From positions 320,001-384,000 of the forward strand of contig CBDATS010000008.1 of the NCBI GenBank assembly GCA_965200245.1: 64,000 nucleotides of DNA, written 5' to 3'. Below the pieces are notes generated by a model, which was not told the origin of the DNA, did not search any database, and saw only the letters and a program-made list of their open reading frames with translations. Positions 57,107 through 64,000 of this stretch are shown here, one piece after another. The translations under genes were made by a program, and so were the position numbers. The stretch comes from a bacterium. GTDB taxonomy: Bacteria > UBA8248. Within the stretch, counting starts at the first letter, position 1; each line of letters opens with the position of its first letter.

Positions 57107-58024
57107 ATGACGGGGTTTATCGTTCGGCGGATGTTTCAGGCCATCGTGCTCATGAAGTTCGTTCTGATATTCGTGTTCCTGCTGTTGCATCTCTCAGGCG
57201 ATCCGGCCCGGATCATGCTTCCCGACGACGCCACCGAAGAAGATATCGCAGAGCTCAGAAACGAAATGGGTCTCGACAAGCCGTTGTTGACACAGTATTT
57301 CATTTTCTTCCGCAACGTCTTGCACGGGAACTTCGGCGAATCCTTCGAGCATGGCGAATCCGCGCTCAAGGTCGTGCTCGAACACCTGCCGGCCACGATT
57401 GAACTCGCCTCGGCTGCGTTCATCATGTCTGTCATCATCGGCCTTCCGTTCGGGTGCATCGCCGCACTCAAGGAAAACACTGTCTACGACAAGGGCCTGA
57501 TGTTCGGAGCCGTACTCGGCCAGGCGGTTCCCGATTTCTGGCTCGGGCTGATGATGATCCTGTTTTTCTCCGTGAAGCTGGGGTGGCTTCCTCCGTTCGG
57601 GTACGGAGAGACAGTTCACTTCATCATGTCTACCATTGCCGCCGGCGTATTTCACACGGCCCGTCTCGCGCGGTTGATGCGCTCCGAGATGCTCGAAGTG
57701 CTGCGCCAAGATTACATTCTCACGGCGTACTCGAAGGGATTGGCAGAGAAGGTCGTGCTGTTCAAGCACGCGCTCAAGAACTCGGCTATCCCTATCGTCA
57801 CCATACTGGGCCTTGACCTCGCCCTCACGCTGGGGGGAACGGTGATCACCGAAACCGTGTTTGCCTGGCCTGGCGTAGGGCGACTCACGGTCGCCGCCAT
57901 TCACCACCGCGACTACCCGATCGTACAGGCGGCGGTTTTTCTTCTCGCACTGGGGTTTGTCGTCATCAATCTGCTGGTGGACATCATCTACACATACCTC
58001 GACCCCAGGATACAGTACCGATGA
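57107..58024 (+). CDS. dppB: Dpp/Opp-type ABC permease (DppB-like)
   Basis: GDPA, RSEMLEVLRQDYI, LDPRI. Confidence 0.9.
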   Translation: MTGFIVRRMFQAIVLMKFVLIFVFLLLHLSGDPARIMLPDDATEEDIAELRNEMGLDKPLLTQYFIFFRNVLHGNFGESFEHGESALKVVLEHLPATIELASAAFIMSVIIGLPFGCIAALKENTVYDKGLMFGAVLGQAVPDFWLGLMMILFFSVKLGWLPPFGYGETVHFIMSTIAAGVFHTARLARLMRSEMLEVLRQDYILTAYSKGLAEKVVLFKHALKNSAIPIVTILGLDLALTLGGTVITETVFAWPGVGRLTVAAIHHRDYPIVQAAVFLLALGFVVINLLVDIIYTYLDPRIQYR

Positions 58025-58935
58025 AACATGAAAGCGATGAAGTCATCATGATGGTCGAGGAGTTCCAGCACTTCGACGAATTCCCTTGGTGGCGGCGTCT
58101 CGCGCGCTCGCTCGTCGCCACGAAATCGGCGATGGCGGGAGCCGTGATATTGCTCATCGTGCTGTTTGCAGCACTTCTGGCCCCCGCGCTGGCACCGATG
58201 GACCCTACGGCGCAATCCCTCACCCGGGTCATGAAGCCGCCCATGTGGGAAGGGGAGGGGTATATCTTTTTCTTGGGCACCGACCATCTCGGCCGCGATC
58301 TCCTGAGCAGGTTGATATACGGTGCGCGCGTGCCCCTTATCGTCGGAATCTCTGCGACGGCGTTGGCAGGGAGCATTGGCCTGATCCTCGGTATGCTGGC
58401 GGGCTACTTCGGCGGGCGGGTGGACTATCTGCTCATGCGGCTAGTGGATTTTGTTCTCTCGTTTCCGTTCATTCTGCTGGCCCTGGCCACCATCGCCATT
58501 CTGGGGCCGAGCCTTTGGCTGATTGTCTCGTTGATCTCGTTTCGCCAGTGGACGGTGTATGCGCGCGTGGTGCGTGGTAACGTGCTCTCGATTCGTGAAC
58601 AGGAGTTCGTCATTGCCTCGCGCGCCGTCGGGGGCAGCGATTTACGCCTCATCTTCCGCCATGTTCTGCCCAATGTTCTGGCGCCCGTCATCATCGGCTC
58701 GCTTTACCTGGGGCGACTGATTGTCATCGAGGCGGGCCTGAGTTTTCTGGGGCTGGGTGTTCCGCCACCCACGCCCACCTGGGGCGGGCTCTTGGCGGAA
58801 GGCCGATCCTATCTGTATGTCTCGTGGTGGATCGTTACGTTCCCGGGGCTCGCCATCACACTCACCGTGCTGGGCGCCAACCTCGTGGGCGATTGGCTGA
58901 GAGACGTCTTGGACCCGCGCCTAAGGATGCGCTAG
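58021..58935 (+). CDS. dppC: Dpp/Opp-type ABC permease (DppC-like)
   Basis: LGTDHLGRD, RHVLPN, EAGLSFLGLG. Confidence 0.9.
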   Translation: MKHESDEVIMMVEEFQHFDEFPWWRRLARSLVATKSAMAGAVILLIVLFAALLAPALAPMDPTAQSLTRVMKPPMWEGEGYIFFLGTDHLGRDLLSRLIYGARVPLIVGISATALAGSIGLILGMLAGYFGGRVDYLLMRLVDFVLSFPFILLALATIAILGPSLWLIVSLISFRQWTVYARVVRGNVLSIREQEFVIASRAVGGSDLRLIFRHVLPNVLAPVIIGSLYLGRLIVIEAGLSFLGLGVPPPTPTWGGLLAEGRSYLYVSWWIVTFPGLAITLTVLGANLVGDWLRDVLDPRLRMR

Positions 58936-58965
58936 CGAATACCCGTTCTAATTCAGGAGAGAGAA

Positions 58966-59409
58966 ATGAGCGAAGACATCATGGAAAATTACGTCGACAA
59001 AAACCCCGACGTTCAGGAGCGATTCAGAAAAGCGGGCGAAATCCGCCGCGCGATGGGCATCTACGGAGAAGGCGGGCAGACCACGAGTGATTTTCTGGGA
59101 ATATCTCCTGTCCACACGCAGACAATCATGGAGTATTGTTTCGGTATGGTCTGGGCGCAGTCGAAGCTCGACCTCAGGACCCGCGAAATTATCGTGCTTG
59201 CCACCATGGTGGCGCAGGATCTGCCTGGAGAGCTAGAGTGGCACGTGCGCTCTGCTCTCAATCTGGGTCTCACGCAGGAAGAAATTATCGAGGCGATCGT
59301 GCAGTGCTCCCCCTATGTCGGGTTGCCTAAAACGAACCACGCGCTCAGGGCGGCGAAGCGGGCGTTCGATGAGGTCGAGGGAAAAGAACCGAGCGATCTG
59401 GGGCACTAG
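58966..59409 (+). CDS. Carboxymuconolactone decarboxylase (PcaC-like) family protein
   Basis: FGMVW, LDLRTRE, HVRSALNLG, YVGLP. Confidence 0.85.
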   Translation: MSEDIMENYVDKNPDVQERFRKAGEIRRAMGIYGEGGQTTSDFLGISPVHTQTIMEYCFGMVWAQSKLDLRTREIIVLATMVAQDLPGELEWHVRSALNLGLTQEEIIEAIVQCSPYVGLPKTNHALRAAKRAFDEVEGKEPSDLGH

Positions 59410-59410
59410 A

Positions 59411-59573
59411 GATCCGCCGCCTGTTCGGGGTAAGGCATCTTCGCAGGTGGACAACCCGCCGTAGTGAGGCTTGCAGATATTCCCGCGCCTGGCGCGGGGG
59501 CTATTTCCCTTGGAGGAGCCCGGGTTAATTCTTGTCTGCCGATGTGATGTGCCGGGGATGTCCTGCTCCCAGG
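59411..59573. repeat. Direct repeat copy 1: decayed 3' end of the YHS gene plus downstream region
   Basis: Matches 60413-60576 with about 19 differences (hand count) including a 1-nt deletion; encodes WEQDIPG then frameshifts. Confidence 0.9.
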
Positions 59574-59739
59574 TCTGCTGTCCGCTTCGCTTTCCGTTCG
59601 GCTTGCCGCTACCGTCAGCACCGGTTCGGGTACCGGTGCCCTTGGTGTATTGGGTACGCGTTGCCGACTGGCAAACGCCTTGTTGCTTGCCTATAATAGC
59701 CCCTGTTATCGGAAGTTGAGCCAGGAAGGGAGACACACC

Positions 59740-59989
59740 ATGACAGCGGTCGAAATAGCCACCGTCGCCTCGCCGATAGTCGCAGCCGTGGTCGGGCTCT
59801 TGCAGGCCGGGGTTATCGCTTGGGGCATCCGGGCGATGGTCCGGGCCAATGACGGCCGCACGAAAGCGGACGCGCGCCGAAGCCGAAGTCGCCCGCCACA
59901 CCGAAGCCATGACGGCGCTCCGGGCCCTGGTACAGGGTCTCGAACGTCAGGGAGCCGCTCTCGAAGCAGCCTTGAAGAACCGGGCATAG
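59740..59989 (+). pseudogene. Small single-TM/coiled-coil protein, apparently frameshifted
   Basis: RBS GGAAGGGAG then ATG 59740: MTAVEIATVASPIVAAVVGLLQAGVIAWGIRAMVRANDGRTKADARR; a plausible continuation AEVARHTEAMTALRALVQGLERQGAALEAALKNRA* lies in the +1 frame from 59882; TATAAT at 59692. Confidence 0.5.
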
Positions 59990-60412
59990 CTCCCGATTCC
60001 GGGAAACGGACACTCCGTGACTACCGCACCGCCTTGATGCTGTCCACCGAAGCCGGGGTCGTCCAGGTTCAGGAAAGTGCCCGGAAGTTCGTCAACGTCT
60101 CTTCCAGCGCCAACACGCGCACCGCCTGCGCCGGGGTCAAGGGCCGAATCTTCGACCACTCCCTCCGGATCTGTGCCACCCAATCCCTCACCGATGCCAG
60201 CGTCTCATCAAAGCGAACGCGCAAAGGAAGCCAAGGCTCCCCTTCCCTGGCGAGCCCAGTGAAGGGGGACAAGACAATGCGCGTGTCACTGGTCATGTTG
60301 CTTATGGGCGTTGCGTCGCAGGTTCCGTCCAAAGTGTTGGCTGCACTTCAGGTAGCGGCTGTTCACCTCGCCATTGCTATTGTAGCAGTTTCGACAATGC
60401 CGGTAGCCGCCG

Positions 60413-60576
60413 GATCCGCCGCCTGTTCGGGGCAAGGCATCTTCCTGGGTGGACAACCCACCGCAATGAGGCTTGCGAATATTCCCGCACCAGGCGCGGG
60501 GACTATTTCCCTTGGAGGAGCTTGGGCCAATTCTTGTCTGCCGATGCGATGTGGCCGGGGATATCCTGCTCCCAGG
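60413..60576. repeat. Direct repeat copy 2 (intact 3' end of the YHS gene plus downstream region)
   Basis: GATCCGCCGCCTGTTCGGGG...TCCTGCTCCCAGG shared with 59411-59573. Confidence 0.9.
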
Positions 60577-60991
60577 CCCGTTGAACACCCTTGCTGTAGT
60601 TGAGGTAGAGCTTGCCGTCCACGATCTTCCAGGCTTCAGGGACGATGCCCGCGGTGTAGCCTTGGCTCACGGCGTATGCGCAGTAGCCGCCGTATTGGGG
60701 AGCGTATTTTTCAGGGTCCATACGAAACAGGTCGCGGTTTTTCTCGCTCTTGAAATACCACGTCGCGCCCTTCCACTTGTGGGAGAAAGTCTTTTTCCCC
60801 TCTACGGGTTTTTTCTCCGTGAAATAGGCCACCGGGTCGTATCCCCGGATGGCACCGCCCAGCAAAGTGGAATAAACGGGCGACAGGGCTGCTGCCGAGA
60901 CGGGAAGAACGAGCAAGAAGGCGATGAACGAAAATGCGGCGCAAACCCGACGTTTGGATAAGACCTTGGGCGTATGATTTTGATTTCGCAT
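60503..60991 (-). CDS. Secreted YHS-domain (seleno)protein family member, Cys form
   Basis: Signal peptide, AIRGYDPVAYF, PEKYAPQYGGYCAYAV (TGC = Cys), IVDGKLYLNY. Confidence 0.9.
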   Translation of the reverse strand: MRNQNHTPKVLSKRRVCAAFSFIAFLLVLPVSAAALSPVYSTLLGGAIRGYDPVAYFTEKKPVEGKKTFSHKWKGATWYFKSEKNRDLFRMDPEKYAPQYGGYCAYAVSQGYTAGIVPEAWKIVDGKLYLNYSKGVQRAWEQDIPGHIASADKNWPKLLQGK

Positions 60992-61579
60992 CTATTGAGC
61001 ATCCTCTGAAAAACGGCGGCGAAATTACAGGGCGGCATGACTCCCTGAATACACAGTATACTCCAAAGTCCTGGAGATGCGTGCCAAGTTGCGGTGAAAA
61101 GCCCATCAGGCGTCGTAAAACCCGGGTAATTTGTGATAACCCTCGCGAGGCGGTTCGCTTTGAGCGAAAGGCTCATCCTTGTTTCCGCCTCCGGACGGTT
61201 GGAGGTCTCTCCACAACTGAAGCACGGTTTTCACCTGTTCTTCTTTCTGGAGGCTCCCCGCCCGTGGTGCGAACGGTGTGCTCTATTTCTACGAGTGGGA
61301 AGCGGGAGATCAACATTTCCGTAAAGGGGTAAAGGGATGGTACGAGTGTACTGCGTCAACCGGTATCGAACTTCTGTGCGAGCCCGTCATGCCGATGTTC
61401 CGGGCAGGGCGTCGTTTCAAAGGAAAAATACAGGAGAACCTGCCGGCTCGTGCCCGAGACTCGGGATGTGGTCTGGCGACATCTCCATTATGCGGTGGGC
61501 GCACCGTCAAGACGGGTGAACAAACGTGCCTGTTCGGGCTAAGATGGGGCATCGTCCATATCTTTTGAACGGGAAATCC

Positions 61580-63601
61580 ATGACTCGGGAACCCAGCGTA
61601 GATATCGACCCCATAACACTTGAAGTCATCAACGAGTCCTTCGTCTCCGTCGTTCGCGAGATGCGCGCGAACATGGTGCGCACGGCATATTCTTCCATAA
61701 TCTACGAGGGACACGATTTCTCCTGCGTGCTTGTGGACGCTGCGGGTCAACTCGTCGCGATGGCGGAGGACAACCCCGTCCACATTTTCCCGGTGCCGAT
61801 GGAAGTCGGTCAGATGCTCGATCGGTTCAGAGGTGATATTCACCCGGGTGACGTCTTTATCCACAACGACCCCTATACGGGCGGAACGCACCTGAACGAT
61901 GTGGCGATTATCTCGCCCCTGTTTCACGGCGGGGATATGATGGTCTACCCTGTCGTCCGCGCCCACTGGGGGGACGTAGGCGGTACGACGCCCGGAAGCA
62001 TATCCGGCAAGAACACGGAGATTCTCCACGATGGGGTGCGCATCCCGATCTTGAGAATCATTGAGCGGGGAGAACTCAACCAGGGGCTTCTTGATCTTCT
62101 GCTCCACAATATGCGGGTTCCCGAGGAGCGGCGCGGGGATTTCTTCGCCATGCTCGCCACCTGTCACACCGCCCACAGGCGCCTGGAGGAGTTGGCCGAA
62201 AAATACGGGTGGAGACTCATCCTCGCTGTGAAGGATCGTCTGCTCGATCGCGCCGAGGCCTCCATGCGGCGCAGAATCGCCGCCCTGCCCGATGGAGAAT
62301 CCACCTACGAACATTTCATGGATCACGACGGGCATTCGCTCACGCCGATACGCATCCGTGCGAGAGTCGAGAAAAAAGGCGATGAACTGATCATCGATTT
62401 TCACGGAACCGACCCCCAGACAAGGGGTGCCTACAACGTCGGCCCCGCCATGGCGCCCTCGGCTGCCTTCAGCGTTATCAAGGCGTTCCTGCACCCCAAA
62501 GGCGCCATCAACCACGGGGCTTTCCGCCCGCTCGCCATCAAGGTCGAGCCGGGCTCCCTGCTTTCTGCGCGATACCCCGCGAGTTGCGCAGGATCGATGG
62601 AGGTGAGCCACGCCGTGGTCTCGGCACTCATCGGCGCGACGGCGCGCTTCGCGCCCGACGCGGTGACGGGCGACCTGAAGGGCACTTCGAACCATGTCTA
62701 CATCGGCGGACGGGATGCGCAAAGCGGGGAGCCGTTTCTTTTCTACGAGTTTCCGGCGGGCGGCACGGGAGGCTTCGCCGAGAGCGACGGCAACAACGCG
62801 ACACGGAATTTCACCGAGGGGGATTTTGCGTCTATCCAGCCGGTCGAGGTCATCGAGCAGAACCAGCCGCTCAAGATCAGGGAACTCATCCTTCGCGCGG
62901 ATTCGGGTGGAGCCGGCGCCCGTAGAGGCGGACTCGGCTTGCGCCGCGAAGTGGAAGTACTGGCGGAAAGCGCGCTACTCTCGATCTCATCGGACAAGAA
63001 TCTGATTCCGCCCTTCGGCGTTCTCGACGGCGGGCCGGGCAGGCCCAACCGCTTCCGTGTTGAAAGGGGCGAGGAAACGCTCGCACCCTCTGAGACACCG
63101 GGCAAGGCAGCGGGCTTTCCCCTTGCACGGGGCGACGTGTTCGTCATGGAGACGTCGGGCGGGGGCGGATTCGGGGATCCTTTTCAGCGGGAAGCCGAGT
63201 CGGTTCTCGCCGACGTGCGTGCGGGCTACGTGACCGAAGATGGAGCGATGCGCGATTACGCCGTCATAGTATCTGATGGTGTTCTGGATGAGGAAGCCAC
63301 GCGTGTGCGCAGGCAGGCCGCCCGGGCTGCGAGGCGTGCGCATATGCTCGTTCTCGTCGATGAGAATATCCGGGAGGATTCGCGCCGCAGGTGCTATATG
63401 AACTCGGCGACGCTTAGAATGCGGGGTCTTCAGGAGGGGGATCTGGTCGAATTGCGCGGAAAGTGGGGAGTTCCGCTTCGCGCCTGGATGAAGAGTGACG
63501 ATGCGCTGCCCGAGAACGCGGCCGGTCTGGCCGCGGACGGCGTCACCATACTCGACGCGGAGGACGGCGACGCCGTGTTCCTGTCTTCCATCATGTTATG
63601 A
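61580..63601 (+). CDS. Hydantoinase B/5-oxoprolinase family protein with C-terminal extension
   Basis: DPITLEVI, RTAYSSII..HDFS, NDPYTGGTHLND, HWGDVGG, DSGGAGARRGG, GGGGFGDP. Confidence 0.92.
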   Translation: MTREPSVDIDPITLEVINESFVSVVREMRANMVRTAYSSIIYEGHDFSCVLVDAAGQLVAMAEDNPVHIFPVPMEVGQMLDRFRGDIHPGDVFIHNDPYTGGTHLNDVAIISPLFHGGDMMVYPVVRAHWGDVGGTTPGSISGKNTEILHDGVRIPILRIIERGELNQGLLDLLLHNMRVPEERRGDFFAMLATCHTAHRRLEELAEKYGWRLILAVKDRLLDRAEASMRRRIAALPDGESTYEHFMDHDGHSLTPIRIRARVEKKGDELIIDFHGTDPQTRGAYNVGPAMAPSAAFSVIKAFLHPKGAINHGAFRPLAIKVEPGSLLSARYPASCAGSMEVSHAVVSALIGATARFAPDAVTGDLKGTSNHVYIGGRDAQSGEPFLFYEFPAGGTGGFAESDGNNATRNFTEGDFASIQPVEVIEQNQPLKIRELILRADSGGAGARRGGLGLRREVEVLAESALLSISSDKNLIPPFGVLDGGPGRPNRFRVERGEETLAPSETPGKAAGFPLARGDVFVMETSGGGGFGDPFQREAESVLADVRAGYVTEDGAMRDYAVIVSDGVLDEEATRVRRQAARAARRAHMLVLVDENIREDSRRRCYMNSATLRMRGLQEGDLVELRGKWGVPLRAWMKSDDALPENAAGLAADGVTILDAEDGDAVFLSSIML

Positions 63602-63767
63602 ATGATTCGATATCGCCATCTTTTGAGGCATCGTCCTGAAGTTCCATAACAATGTTCTCAGTTTGGTTTTCATTAAGTAGGCTGTATTCATCGTTTGGGA
63701 TTTCCTCCGCTACTAAAATGAAAAATCACGATTTCAATAGCTACCAGCCACCGCAGGCCATATGGAG

Positions 63768-64000
63768 TCAGTTGCGCGTCGCGCCGAACGCGCCGGGCAC
63801 CGTGTCTGCGGCCCACGTTTGCAGTTCGGTAAAGTCCGCACGTCCGTTCATTGTCAGGAGGTTGACACTGATCGAGGCATTGCCTCCTGCCACCCGCAGG
63901 TCGGGCGTGAAGCCAAGCAGGCCACCGTTCCATGTCACGGTCCCCGAAAGACTGCCGTTGTCCTGGAGCGCACCCTGAGGCTCGTCGCCCGATGTCCAGG
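63768..64000 (-). CDS. C-terminal fragment of a beta-strand-rich hypothetical (possibly surface) protein; starts beyond window
   Basis: Manual translation WTSGDEPQGALQDNGSLSGTVTWNGGLLGFTPDLRVAGGNASISVNLLTMNGRADFTELQTWAADTVPGAFGATRN* ending at TGA 63768. Confidence 0.6.
   Translation of the reverse strand, partial: WTSGDEPQGALQDNGSLSGTVTWNGGLLGFTPDLRVAGGNASISVNLLTMNGRADFTELQTWAADTVPGAFGATRN

Noticed and set aside
59411-60576. CRISPR array or IS terminal repeats
   Set aside because: Only two long direct copies derived from a gene end; no spacers, inverted ends or transposase
59650-60603. 317-aa ORF as a real protein
   Set aside because: Runs through a frameshift, an antisense fragment and the repeat; only about 59740-59880 looks coding
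61337-61520. Possible eroded SAM-methyltransferase remnant (GACTCGGGATGTGGTCTGGCGACATC resembling DLGCGSGDI)
   Set aside because: Needs several frameshifts to read; too weak without a tBLASTn/HMM hit

Overview
A GC-rich, gene-dense bacterial chromosome segment. The very Lys-rich solute-binding proteins, candidate F420-dependent enzymes, NHLP precursors and scattered gene decay resemble marine or sponge-associated Nitrospinota/Tectomicrobia-like bacteria; this is inference only. In order, the window holds: a partial LLM oxidoreductase; a Liv-type ABC operon; a minimal RiPP-like locus (two NHLP-leader precursors plus an orphan, probably prenyltransferase-like enzyme); an NCS2 (xanthine/uracil-type) permease fused to a degenerate RsbW-like domain; a sigma-factor-less partner-switching cluster (REC, REC-PP2C, RsbW, orphan binding protein, TorS-like kinase, STAS); sugar-nucleotide epimerases; malQ; a large GntR-associated catabolic cluster with a Dpp-type transporter; tRNA-Sec; a sugar ABC transporter; phoBR-pstSCAB-phoU with two triple Pho boxes; a split ketopantoate-reductase-family gene; a second Dpp-type operon; a ~164-bp duplicated scar at the 3' end of a YHS-domain gene; and a hydantoinase B with an extra C-terminal domain. 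The best candidates for an undescribed system are the NCS2/pseudo-RsbW transporter with its adjacent partner-switching cascade, and the NHLP plus putative prenyltransferase locus. No CRISPR array, rRNA, integrase or transposase was recognised. All family assignments are by eye from motifs, with no database searches.
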